A stretch of DNA of 50,256 bases from Taibaiella helva (GCA_040392235.1 JBEBWN010000001.1:1-50256), one strand, 5' to 3'. Shown: positions 28,122 through 38,003, numbered from the stretch's first letter. Made by a program: numbers and translations. Notes: generated by a model from the letters alone, not told the origin.

Positions 28122-29087
28122 ATGGATATTGCTAAATACGTCGGATTATTTCTCATAAAAAACGAATACTGCTTCCTGCCCGGCCTCGGAAGCCTGCAAG
28201 TTGTTAAAAAGCCTGCTGTTTATGATAAAGAAACGCTGAAGATGTCTGCGCCTGTATACGTAGTGAAACATAGTCACACGGGAGGATCTATTGATGATTC
28301 TTTTGCTAATTTTATTGCAAACAACGAACGGATCAGCATTGCGCATGCGTCAAATTACCTGAGAGATTTTTGCGCCCAGGCAAAAGCGGATCTTAAAGAA
28401 GGAAAGGAAGTTACAATTCCAACCATAGGTAAATTTGTGACGAATGATGCCGGTATTATTCATTTCGTAACAGATCCGCATCTTCATATTGAAGGCAGAT
28501 CAATTCCGATCTTTAAAAATAGTCCTGCCGTTGAACGCAAAAAAGAAGAGGCCATAAGTAACATTATTGAACGAACTAATATCAGGGAACCCAAAGCTGA
28601 TGAGGCCATAGAGTACAAGGCGCCGTCTGTAAACTGGGGCAAAATAATTTTACTGATTGCTATTATCCTGGTAGTATTAGGGGGAATTGGTTACCTGCTG
28701 TGGTACCTGAATCGTTCGGGTACAGAAAACCTGGCATTGCCGGTAGTCGATTCCACTACGATGACTTCCGAGCCCGTACAGGCCCCTGTTGCTGCGCCCG
28801 ATACCAATACCATGCCGCAAAGTTCGGCTAGCACGGAACCAGCCATGGCTACAAATGGCGTCATTAACTACAAAGTTGTCCTGCATCAATATCCCAGTGC
28901 AGAGAAAGCAAGCGCCCGGGCCAATAAACTTATTTCCTATGGCAATAATGTAGAAGTTTTCACAAAAGACTCCATTGAATACTTTGTTGTCATCTCTATG
29001 GCTTCACCGGTTACAGACACGGGCAGAATAGTAGACTCTTTAAGAAGACTGTTTAACCCCTCAGGAAAAGTAGAGATAGTACGCTAG
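28122..29087 (+). CDS. HU-CCDC81-like domain protein with one TM helix and a C-terminal SPOR-like domain
   Basis: N-terminal CFLPGLGSL and VTIPTIGKF HU-like repeats; TM (IILLIAIILVVLGGIGYLLWYL); Pro/Thr linker; C-terminal YKVVLHQYPSAEKASARANKL resembling SPOR. Confidence 0.75.
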   Translation: MDIAKYVGLFLIKNEYCFLPGLGSLQVVKKPAVYDKETLKMSAPVYVVKHSHTGGSIDDSFANFIANNERISIAHASNYLRDFCAQAKADLKEGKEVTIPTIGKFVTNDAGIIHFVTDPHLHIEGRSIPIFKNSPAVERKKEEAISNIIERTNIREPKADEAIEYKAPSVNWGKIILLIAIILVVLGGIGYLLWYLNRSGTENLALPVVDSTTMTSEPVQAPVAAPDTNTMPQSSASTEPAMATNGVINYKVVLHQYPSAEKASARANKLISYGNNVEVFTKDSIEYFVVISMASPVTDTGRIVDSLRRLFNPSGKVEIVR

Positions 29088-29589
29088 CCTTTCGGTTAAA
29101 GTTATAATGCAAAATCAAAAATCATACTATAATAATTAATTGGCTATAATTCCTAAAAAGACAAGATTAACCAAGCTTCGTTTCTACACCCAATCCGGAC
29201 AAAAGGCGAAAACGGTAACAAAACTATAAGACAAATCCAAAATGGATGAGGAGTCGATTAGCCTATCTGAGCAAAAAGGGGATGGTCCTGCTGAGGGTCG
29301 GCCCTTTTGTTCTGTAATAAACCCTGTAAGGAAAATACGGAACATTAATGCGGCGCTGCCGCTTTACCGCCGGACTACGGCGAAAAGCATACTACAGGGA
29401 ATGGCTATTAAGTCTCCTGTAACGCAAGATCAATGTCCCCCTTCGTCTGTCACCGGAACAATAAAGGAGCCCCAATCCATGGGGAGCGCCCCTGTTAACG
29501 CAATGTCACCCAAACGATCTGCCGGAAATATCGGGGCCGGCTATAGCCTACCGCACTCTCATCACAGCGAAACAAAACACTCGTCCTCC

Positions 29590-32500
29590 TCAGATCATAG
29601 GCTTTCTCATGATGAAGATCAGGTTGCTCGTTTTTTGCGTCAGGTCCAGCGTTGTTATTGTGATGCCACGTTCTGCCGCCCAATCTTCCAACCAGTTCCT
29701 GCTGATAAAATGTAATTTGTTTTGTACTTTATTGAATCCGACTATTTTGGTTGACAACCATTCGGTAAGGCGGGTACCCTTATGTCGCTGTGTTAATTCC
29801 TTAACCCCATCCCGTAAAATCAGGATGCCGCCGGGCTCCAGGGCTTCAAAGCACTTTTGCAACAAAACTCCCTGCTGTTCGGGCAATAAATAATGCAATA
29901 CATCGCTGATAATAATACCATTACAATTTTCTAAAGCCACCTGCATCACATCTGCATGTATAAAGGAAATAGGTTTAGAAAAAGAGAGATCCTCCTTATC
30001 TGCTTCTGGAAACCTGGTCCATTGTCCCTCTTTGCTCCATTTCCCACGTTTATAGTTATGGGCCGCTGTCACTACTTTAGCCTCATCGTAATCCACTCCT
30101 ACAAAAAGGCGCCCTTCTGCCGCCCAGTGAAGCATATAGGTCATAAAGCCGTAGCCACAACCCAGATCATAAAACCGGCCACTTCGGGGAAAAAGTTGAT
30201 GAAAAGGCTCATAATAGGATTCCATCCGGATCTTTATGCGGCAATACCATTCCAGAACAGGTCCTTTATAAATATAGCCTTTGACCAATTGTTCTTTAAA
30301 ATACCGGGGCATTTCATTTTTCTCTTTTTCAGCCGCAAACTGCTGTTTAAACCACCTGGATACCAATTTGGTCCGTTCTGCGTAATGGTTACCAAAGCTG
30401 GGATCATCCGGCTTAACGGCGGGAAGGATTTTTAAGGTAACTGTCCCATCCTTCAACAGCCAGTCTCCCTTTTGCATTGTATAGTGTACCCCATGCATAA
30501 TAATAGGTATAATATCCAACTGCAATTGCTCTGCAATGAAGAAGGCACCTTTATGAAAACGGTGTATCTTGTCGCTGTAAGAGCGGGTACCTTCCGGGAA
30601 AACAACAATACCGTAGCCCCGCCTTACGAGATCCCGTAAAGGCTCTATACTATCTTCTGCCCCTTCTGCCACCGGATAGTACTCCGCCATGCGTACAATT
30701 TTCCCGAAGACCGGAGATCGCCAAACCCATTTATTCGTTAACAACACTAGTTTCGGGTGCAACATTGTCGTTAACAGAATATCCAGGAATGAGGAATGGT
30801 TGGCGATGTAAACGGCAGGTTTATTAAAATTAAAACCTTCGGGCTTAACAATCTTCTTAGTAGTGTTGGACATTACATACATCACACTACCTGTATAGCG
30901 ACTTAGTATGACGTGAAACACATACTTGCTTCTGCGCTTACCTAATGGGCGGAACCCGAGTAACACCAGGCCTGCAAGGGTAACAATTAAACACCCGAGA
31001 AAAAAGTAGAAAAAAGAAAAGGTTGACTTCAAAAGGCTCCATAGCGTAAACGGCATAAAGCCCTTATCGGCCCGCCGCTGGACCATGAAATTAAATAAAA
31101 AGGGCTGTAATACCTGTGATACAAATACCACGCACAGTAATCCAATTATGGCAACAACAGCTATGGATTGTAATGCGGGATGTTTCGCAAAAGCCAATGT
31201 GCCTAGGCCAGCAATAGTTGTCAGCACAGATAAGTAAACGGCAGACCGTGCAAAGCTCACTTTATGTTTACCTGTTCGGTAGCGCTCCATTAAACCATCC
31301 ATCATAAAGATGCTATAGTCATCTCCTAATCCGAATATTAAAGTAGCAATAATGATGTTAACAATATTAAACTTCAAACCAAGGATACCCATAACGCCCG
31401 TTATCCATACCCAGGTTAAAGCCATGGGCAAGAAAGAGATCAGAGCAAGCTCTATTCTACCATAAGCAATGAGCAGCGCCAGAAACACCAGTAGACCGGA
31501 ATACAATAATATTGTGTTAAAATCAGACTGCAAAAGCGCCAGCAGCCTTTCTGAGACAGCCTGCCTGTCTGTTACAACAACCTGTTCATTGTCAGAAAAA
31601 GCATTAATTACCTCCTGCCGTGCATCCGGGGCTACCCTGGCATAAGCTACAGCATAATAAGCCTGTCCCTGCCCTCCAAAACTATTAGGCATGATACCGG
31701 TTAGAAAATGTCTTGCCGTACTGTCGAAAAATGAATACCGGCGTGTAAGGGTTGTTTTAAAGGCACTGAATGCATCGGCACTAAATCCTAAACGCTCCGC
31801 TTCCCTTTTTACTGTTTCCAAAGTCTGACTGTCGTGTCCTCCCTGCCAAAAAAACTGCCAACGGGCTAGTCGTCTTTCCTGCTCTTCTGTTGAAGGCAGC
31901 AATAACACAGGACTGCTGTATTTCCTGATTTGCCCCGCAGCTTCCAGCCGGTCCGCACGGGCGTCTGCAGATTCCAACTTCCGTCTTACGCCTTCTTCCG
32001 AACTATCTTCAGCAACGATAAAAACAGATCCTAGAGCAAAACTATTGTTTGCATTGAGCTCTTCCTGCGCTTTCTGCAAAGCGGGGGACAAGTAGTTCAA
32101 GTGCATAAGGTCGCTATCAAATTCCACCTTCAGGGAAAAGTACCCAAGCACCGGCGTAATCCCAATTACGAAAAATAGCAACCATTTACTTTTTTCGGGT
32201 TGCAGTTGCGCTATTTTATCTATCACCGTTTGCCGAAGGGGTAATGAGGCTCTCACAAATTGTGCGCCCAGCAAATGTGGCAAAAATATAAGGGTGAATA
32301 AGGAGGCTCCGGTAAGACTTGCCGCAGCAAAAAGTCCGAGATCTCTTAAAAGCGGGGCGCTGGCCAAACGCAAAGCCCAAAAAGCACCGATTGTGGTTAT
32401 AGCACCCAAAGTAAGTGGAAAAACCAGGGTCCGTACGTTTTCCCGCATATCGGGATGTGTTCTGGCATGGCTTAAAAAATGTATTGAGAAGTCGACTGCT

Positions 32501-33501
32501 ATCCCCAGGATAATAGCACCGGCCCCCAATGCTATGACCGAAACCGAAGTTTGTATCCAGGCGGTAATGGCCATTCCGAATAAGGCCCCAAAGATAACCG
32601 GTATTATAAGCAACAGCGGAATACGCTTCCTTTTAAAAACATAAAAGGTCAGTCCCGACAGCAATACAATGGTAAGCCCCAAAGTTAAAAAGGTATCTCG
32701 TTGCAACTGCTGCGCATTAGCAGCCGCCACCGCAGGGCCTCCAAAGTAGGTTATATGTAATGCAGGAACACGTTTTCTCCATTGCATTATATACTGATCC
32801 AGTTTAGCGAAAAAAAGAGCATTAATACTCGTTGCAGAGGCTGGCTGTTTTAGATCCAGGAAGAATACCATGCGCCGGTTATCCGCACTAAATATGTAAC
32901 CATCATATAAGCCATAGCCGGGATCAAATTGCAATGATTTCAATTTGTCAAATGCGAGGGGTATCATGCCCACCGGATCAGACGCCAGCCATTGCTTGGC
33001 TACCATGCCGGCCGGCGACAATAGCAATTTCTGCTCTTTTTCAAGTGAGATCCTGACATTTTCAGGACGAATCATTTGTGCTAATTGTGTGTAATCTTCC
33101 TCTGTCAGGAAAAGAGGTAAGTATGCCAGCACCAGGTCAGAGAACCGCTGTTCGATATTTTCATCGGCCCTGGCGCGGATCAGTGCTATATTATTGCTGT
33201 CCATATCAGCAAGGCCGGATTGGAACTGTTGCTGCAAAACAATGAGACTATCCGGGTTGACGCGTGCAGTATCAAGAAAGGAAAAACTAAAAACAATCTG
33301 CTCACCGGTTTTCGTTTTATTCAAGACACCGTTCATAGCTTCGACGGATCTATCCTGTGGAATCATTTTGTTAACATCATCCACTAGCTTTATCCGTAAA
33401 GCCCCTGCTATGCTCAATCCAAATACCAGACCCAGACATATCCAAAAAAGCACTTTCCGGCGTTCAAAAAAGTCGTAAATAGCAATAAAAATAGTTTGCA
33501 T
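29590..33501 (-). CDS. Trifunctional MMPL/RND-type exporter + lysophospholipid acyltransferase + class I SAM methyltransferase
   Basis: Two MMPL halves (LGIAVDFSIH and FGLGDDYSIF), PlsC motifs NHSSFLD and VFPEGTRS, SAM-binding DLGCGYG and DVLHYL. ATG at 33501 preferred. Confidence 0.88.
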   Translation of the reverse strand: MQTIFIAIYDFFERRKVLFWICLGLVFGLSIAGALRIKLVDDVNKMIPQDRSVEAMNGVLNKTKTGEQIVFSFSFLDTARVNPDSLIVLQQQFQSGLADMDSNNIALIRARADENIEQRFSDLVLAYLPLFLTEEDYTQLAQMIRPENVRISLEKEQKLLLSPAGMVAKQWLASDPVGMIPLAFDKLKSLQFDPGYGLYDGYIFSADNRRMVFFLDLKQPASATSINALFFAKLDQYIMQWRKRVPALHITYFGGPAVAAANAQQLQRDTFLTLGLTIVLLSGLTFYVFKRKRIPLLLIIPVIFGALFGMAITAWIQTSVSVIALGAGAIILGIAVDFSIHFLSHARTHPDMRENVRTLVFPLTLGAITTIGAFWALRLASAPLLRDLGLFAAASLTGASLFTLIFLPHLLGAQFVRASLPLRQTVIDKIAQLQPEKSKWLLFFVIGITPVLGYFSLKVEFDSDLMHLNYLSPALQKAQEELNANNSFALGSVFIVAEDSSEEGVRRKLESADARADRLEAAGQIRKYSSPVLLLPSTEEQERRLARWQFFWQGGHDSQTLETVKREAERLGFSADAFSAFKTTLTRRYSFFDSTARHFLTGIMPNSFGGQGQAYYAVAYARVAPDARQEVINAFSDNEQVVVTDRQAVSERLLALLQSDFNTILLYSGLLVFLALLIAYGRIELALISFLPMALTWVWITGVMGILGLKFNIVNIIIATLIFGLGDDYSIFMMDGLMERYRTGKHKVSFARSAVYLSVLTTIAGLGTLAFAKHPALQSIAVVAIIGLLCVVFVSQVLQPFLFNFMVQRRADKGFMPFTLWSLLKSTFSFFYFFLGCLIVTLAGLVLLGFRPLGKRRSKYVFHVILSRYTGSVMYVMSNTTKKIVKPEGFNFNKPAVYIANHSSFLDILLTTMLHPKLVLLTNKWVWRSPVFGKIVRMAEYYPVAEGAEDSIEPLRDLVRRGYGIVVFPEGTRSYSDKIHRFHKGAFFIAEQLQLDIIPIIMHGVHYTMQKGDWLLKDGTVTLKILPAVKPDDPSFGNHYAERTKLVSRWFKQQFAAEKEKNEMPRYFKEQLVKGYIYKGPVLEWYCRIKIRMESYYEPFHQLFPRSGRFYDLGCGYGFMTYMLHWAAEGRLFVGVDYDEAKVVTAAHNYKRGKWSKEGQWTRFPEADKEDLSFSKPISFIHADVMQVALENCNGIIISDVLHYLLPEQQGVLLQKCFEALEPGGILILRDGVKELTQRHKGTRLTEWLSTKIVGFNKVQNKLHFISRNWLEDWAAERGITITTLDLTQKTSNLIFIMRKPMI

Positions 33502-33880
33502 AGGCTTCCTTTCAAAAAAACACCGCATTGATTATCAGCAGGCCTGGTTCACGCTGATCCTCTCCGGTTATTATTTCGAGCTGCAATATATTACGTTTCT
33601 GCGATTAGCACAGCCTTACCCCACTCTGCAAGGAAAATAGAAGATAAAAATACGGGCGAACTGGACCAAGATATAAGTATAAAGAAGAAGTCGAAATGTA
33701 AAGCGAGCCGGGCAACGAGCGCCTGCTCCCACATTTTACCACCAATAGCAATTTTACACTTCTGTGCAGCAGGAAATTTCCAGGTATCGATACGGTATAA
33801 AATTACGAAATAGCCTGTACCGCTAGTCTGTTCAAAGAAAAGGGGACACTTTATCTTAAAATATTGGTAAAACAAGACCT

Positions 33881-34030
33881 TTATCTACAACACTAAGGCG
33901 ATTCATAACAATAACACAGTCGATATCCACACTCTTAATACACTTATCCACAGTGCTTTATTTCATTTCATTAAAATACAATGCAAACACAATCCAGTCA
34001 AGGCTTTAAGCTAAGCTTATTTGTGGAAAA
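33881..34030. promoter_or_regulatory. Cluster of DnaA-box-like 9-mers upstream of mraZ
   Basis: TTATCCACA (33944-33952, perfect), TTTTCCACA on the minus strand (34022-34030, fits TTWTNCACA), ATATCCACA (33923-33931) and TTATCTACA (33881-33889), the last two with one mismatch each. Confidence 0.55.
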
Positions 34031-34045
34031 AAGAATACAAATCAC

Positions 34046-34085
34046 AAAGTGGTAAATTGTGGGAATTAGTGTTATTTTGTGGTAA
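34046..34085 (+). promoter_or_regulatory. MraZ-binding direct repeats (dcw boxes)
   Basis: GTGG/GTGT cores at exact 10-bp spacing (34049, 34059, 34069, 34079): AAAGTGGTAA ATTGTGGGAA TTAGTGTTAT TTTGTGGTAA, directly upstream of mraZ. Confidence 0.8.
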
Positions 34086-34106
34086 AAATAACCACACCTT
34101 AGACAG

Positions 34107-34553
34107 ATGTCTGATTTTTACGGCGAATATAACGTATCCATGGATGCTAAAGGCAGATTAATGCTGCCCGCCGACTTCCGCAAGCAATTGCAGGAGTCAG
34201 ACCTGTCGACTTTTACTTTAAAACGCGGAAAAGACAAATGTGTGACCTTGTACACCCGCTCAGAATGGAAAAGGCTTAGCGATCGCTTAAATGAAATGGA
34301 CCCCTTCAATCCAAAGGTGCGCGATTTCAAAAGACTATTCTTGGACGGCATTGCTATGGTAGATCAGGATAGCGCCGGCAGAATACTCATTCCGAAAGCG
34401 CTCCAGGAGTATGCCGGCCTTAACAAGGAGCTGGTATTTTGGTTACAGGGCAATAGCGTGGAAATATGGGACAAAGAAAGAAAGGAGGCCCACCTGTCGG
34501 CTATGCGTGAGAATGAAGAAGCGCTCGCAAACGAGCTGTTTAAAAATGTATAA
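34107..34553 (+). CDS. mraZ: Division/cell wall cluster transcriptional regulator MraZ
   Basis: Duplicated DxxGR motifs (DAKGRLMLPADFR and DSAGRILIPKAL), VEIWD; first gene of the dcw cluster. Confidence 0.95.
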   Translation: MSDFYGEYNVSMDAKGRLMLPADFRKQLQESDLSTFTLKRGKDKCVTLYTRSEWKRLSDRLNEMDPFNPKVRDFKRLFLDGIAMVDQDSAGRILIPKALQEYAGLNKELVFWLQGNSVEIWDKERKEAHLSAMRENEEALANELFKNV

Positions 34554-34579
34554 GCACCTAAAACATATATCAAAAGGGA

Positions 34580-35482
34580 GTGGAAACCAACTATCAACAC
34601 ATATCCGTATTGCTCCAGGAGAGCATTGAGGCCCTCAATATCCAACCGGGAGGGATTTATGTTGATGGAACATTCGGCGGTGGCGGCCACAGCCGCGAAA
34701 TTCTAAAACATCTAAATAACCAAGGCAAACTTTTTGCCTTTGATCACGACCAGGATGCCTGGAAGAATTTACCAGACGATACAAGGATTGTTTTGGTAAA
34801 AGAAAATTTTCGCTACCTGCGCCGCTTTCTTAAACTGCACAAAGCAGAACAAGTAAATGGTATACTGGTTGATCTGGGCGTAAGTTCTTTCCAATTTGAC
34901 ACCGCTGAACGGGGATTTTCTATACGATACGATGCTCCATTAGATATGCGCATGGATAACCGGACCGATTTCACCGCAGCAGATCTGATTGGCAGTTACA
35001 CTGAAGCAGCATTGCATAAACTTTTCGAACAATATGGAGAGGTCAGAAACGCAAAAACCTTGGCGAAAACCATAGTTGAGGGCAGAAAGCGAAATAAAGT
35101 GCACACAATAAATGAGTTCAAGAATCTTATTGCCGAATGTATCAAGGGAAATCCCAACCGGTATCTTGCCCAGGTGTTTCAGGCTTTGAGAATAGAAGTT
35201 AATAATGAACTGGGGGTGCTGAAAGATTTCCTGCACCAGGCAACAAATGCGCTAAAACCCGGGGGCAGGCTTGTTGTCATTACTTTTCACTCGCTTGAAG
35301 ACCGGATTGTGAAACAGTTTATGAAGAAAGGAACAAATGAAGAGGACATAAATACGGACCCGTTTGGGAAAACGCCAGCTTCGCCACTGAAAGCGCTAAA
35401 AGATATAACGCCGACCGAAAACGAAATAAAACACAATAGCAGATCCAGAAGCGCCAGGCTTCGAATAGCAGAGAAGATATAA
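34580..35482 (+). CDS. rsmH: 16S rRNA (cytosine1402-N4)-methyltransferase
   Basis: HISVLLQE, VDGTFGGGGHS, DLGVSSFQFD, RGFS, LDMRM, FQALRIEVN, ITFHSLEDRIVK, RSRSARLR. Confidence 0.96.
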   Translation: METNYQHISVLLQESIEALNIQPGGIYVDGTFGGGGHSREILKHLNNQGKLFAFDHDQDAWKNLPDDTRIVLVKENFRYLRRFLKLHKAEQVNGILVDLGVSSFQFDTAERGFSIRYDAPLDMRMDNRTDFTAADLIGSYTEAALHKLFEQYGEVRNAKTLAKTIVEGRKRNKVHTINEFKNLIAECIKGNPNRYLAQVFQALRIEVNNELGVLKDFLHQATNALKPGGRLVVITFHSLEDRIVKQFMKKGTNEEDINTDPFGKTPASPLKALKDITPTENEIKHNSRSRSARLRIAEKI

Positions 35483-35483
35483 A

Positions 35484-35885
35484 ATGATCCCGGAAAAAAA
35501 ACAACATATCGAAGGTGTTAACGAAGAGGTTAGCCCTCTTCAGGCAGCCACGCTGGAACATACGAAGTCAGGAGGCTGGAAGGAGCTGATTGACAAGATT
35601 TCCTATAAAGGCATTGTCAACAATATGCCATACCTTCTCTTCCTAGCAATATTATGCATATTATATATTACCAATACCAACCGGGCGATATCCTTGACAA
35701 GGAGTATTAATACAAAAAGTAAAGAATTAAAAGAACTAAGATGGCGCTACATGGATATACAATCGAGACTAATGTTTCAAACCTCGGAAACGCAGATCAT
35801 ACCCAAAGCCAAATCAATAGGATTATTACCGCTGGACAAACCAGCCTTTGAAATAAAAACAACTATAAAAAAAAATAAGGAATAG
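35484..35885 (+). CDS. ftsL: FtsL-like cell division protein (Bacteroidota type)
   Basis: Position between rsmH and ftsI, a single TM helix (YLLFLAILCILYI) and a coiled coil KELKELRWRY. Confidence 0.8.
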   Translation: MIPEKKQHIEGVNEEVSPLQAATLEHTKSGGWKELIDKISYKGIVNNMPYLLFLAILCILYITNTNRAISLTRSINTKSKELKELRWRYMDIQSRLMFQTSETQIIPKAKSIGLLPLDKPAFEIKTTIKKNKE

Positions 35886-35918
35886 CCCCTTTTGCTTTAA
35901 CACTGCAAGAAAACAAAA

Positions 35919-38003
35919 ATGGATGTAAAGCGCGACATACGATTTAGGGTGTATCTTTCCTTTACCGGGATAGTAGCACTAGCCTTGGCGATAATCGTCA
36001 AGGCTATAGCTATCCAGGTAAAAGAAGGGGATGAATTACGCGCGCAGGCTGAAAAAGCACATACAAAGAAGGAAACACTCTATCCCGAACGTGGCAACAT
36101 TTATTCAGAAGACGGCACACTTCTTTCGTCGACAATTCCACAATTCGACCTACGAATTGACTTCAAAGCCATTAATAAAGACACATTCCGCTTTTATATA
36201 GATACCTTGTCCTATGCCTTGTCGACACTATTTAAAGACGCCAGTGCCGACGACTACAAACGAGAATTGAAAAGCGCCTTCCGGAAAGGCGAAAGATACT
36301 GGCTGCTGCGCAAAAATGCCCCTTATTATCAGTACCAGGCTATACGTAGCTTTCCGGTATTTAACAAGGGGAAAAATAAAGGCGGCTTTATTGCCGAGCC
36401 TCGTTCCAGACGAATAAACCCCTACGGCATGCTGGCTTACCGCACCATTGGCTTATGGCGCGAAAACGCAGATAACATAGGTCTGGAACAAAAGTATGAT
36501 CCCATTTTAAAGGGTAAGGAAGGTGCCAGGATTATCCGGAAAACAACAGGAGCCACCTGGATACCTGTAGAAGGCTCGGAAATTGAGCCCATAAACGGCA
36601 AAGATATCATTACCACCATCGATATCAATATACAAGATGTAACCGAGCATGCACTGCTCAATGCCCTAACCCAATACAAATGCCAGTACGGAACTGCCAT
36701 TGTTATGGAAGTAAAAACGGGAAAAATAAGGGCTATTGCCAACCTGGGAAGACAAGCTGACGGCAGCTACTGGGAGGATTTTAACTATGCGTTAATTCCG
36801 TCTGAGCCCGGCTCCACCTTTAAACTGATGTCGCTGTTGGCACTTATTGACGACGGATACATAAAAATAAATGACAAAACAGACGCACAAGGCGGCATAG
36901 CTACTTTTGGCAATCAACGTGTAGTGGACGACCACAGAGGGCTAGGCAGTGTGAGTGTAAAAACAGCTTTTGCTAAATCATCAAATGTTGTTTTTGCTAA
37001 ATTGGTTAACCAGTACTACAAGAATAACCCCATGAAGTATATAAAGCATTTGCAAAATCTGGGGCTAGGGACAAAAACGGGTATCGACCTTACAGGAGAA
37101 CGCAGCCCTGTACTGAAAACGACGAAAAGTAAGAGTTGGAACAAGGTTACTTCATTACCCTGGATCGCTTACGGCTATGAAAGCCTGATCACACCACTGC
37201 ATACCTGTATGGTGTACAATGCTATTGCCAATAACGGCAGGCTTATGAAACCCTACTTGGTTAGCGCCATACAGGAATACGGACTACCCGTAAGAGAATT
37301 TCAGCCAACGGCCATACAGGAAAGTATCGGCAAACCGGAAACTATCAAACAGTTACAAGAGGCGATGTTATCAGTAGTAGAGGAAGGCACCGCAAAAAGC
37401 ATCAAATCCCCGTATTATACCGCCGCAGGGAAAACCGGAACCGCTCAAGTGGCGGACAAAGGTATTTCCTATGCTGATGGCGTTCGTCAAGGATCATTTG
37501 TAGGATATTTTCCGTATGAAAATCCTCGATATACTATAGCAATCGTTATCAGGTCTACACCGCACGGCCCTTATTATGGTGCAGTGGTTAGCGCTCCGGT
37601 ATTCAAAACTATTGCGGACAAACTGTATGCAACACATATCGGCGGATGGGAAAGACCTGCCGACTCTTTGCTTGCACATAAAGGTATTATTACAAAAAAA
37701 ACCAGCGCACAAAACATCAATGCTATTATACAAACATTGAACATAAAGGCGCCTGAGGCAGCGTGGGCTGGATGGGCTCAGCTTAATAATAACAATGCAG
37801 GAAAGTTCAATATTCAAAAGCTGATAACTGACAAAAACAATATACCAGATGTTAGTGGTATGGGACTTAGGGATGCACTCTTTATTCTTGAGAATTCAGG
37901 CCTCAGGGTTTCAATATCGGGAAAAGGGAAAGTACTGACGCAATCCATAAGCCCGGGAAATAAAATTACGAAAGGCCAAAAAATACATTTGCAATTAGGT
38001 TAA
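35919..38003 (+). CDS. ftsI: Cell-division transpeptidase PBP3 with C-terminal PASTA domain
   Basis: RGNIYSEDG, GLE, EPGSTFK (SxxK), SSN (SxN), KTGT, and PASTA motif PDVSGMGLRDALFILEN. Confidence 0.93.
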   Translation: MDVKRDIRFRVYLSFTGIVALALAIIVKAIAIQVKEGDELRAQAEKAHTKKETLYPERGNIYSEDGTLLSSTIPQFDLRIDFKAINKDTFRFYIDTLSYALSTLFKDASADDYKRELKSAFRKGERYWLLRKNAPYYQYQAIRSFPVFNKGKNKGGFIAEPRSRRINPYGMLAYRTIGLWRENADNIGLEQKYDPILKGKEGARIIRKTTGATWIPVEGSEIEPINGKDIITTIDINIQDVTEHALLNALTQYKCQYGTAIVMEVKTGKIRAIANLGRQADGSYWEDFNYALIPSEPGSTFKLMSLLALIDDGYIKINDKTDAQGGIATFGNQRVVDDHRGLGSVSVKTAFAKSSNVVFAKLVNQYYKNNPMKYIKHLQNLGLGTKTGIDLTGERSPVLKTTKSKSWNKVTSLPWIAYGYESLITPLHTCMVYNAIANNGRLMKPYLVSAIQEYGLPVREFQPTAIQESIGKPETIKQLQEAMLSVVEEGTAKSIKSPYYTAAGKTGTAQVADKGISYADGVRQGSFVGYFPYENPRYTIAIVIRSTPHGPYYGAVVSAPVFKTIADKLYATHIGGWERPADSLLAHKGIITKKTSAQNINAIIQTLNIKAPEAAWAGWAQLNNNNAGKFNIQKLITDKNNIPDVSGMGLRDALFILENSGLRVSISGKGKVLTQSISPGNKITKGQKIHLQLG

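Noticed and set aside
29242-29715. 157-aa plus-strand ORF
   Set aside because: No recognisable motif, Ser/Pro-rich composition and a 126-nt antisense overlap with the MMPL fusion. Probably spurious; the region is reported as a possible RNA element instead.
33591-33875. 94-aa minus-strand ORF in the mraZ upstream region
   Set aside because: Non-ATG start, no recognisable homology, and it lies in a divergent promoter region.
33530-34106. Replication origin (oriC) call
   Set aside because: No dnaA/dnaN/gidA nearby and no obvious strand-composition switch by eye. Kept only as a DnaA-box observation pending a skew calculation.
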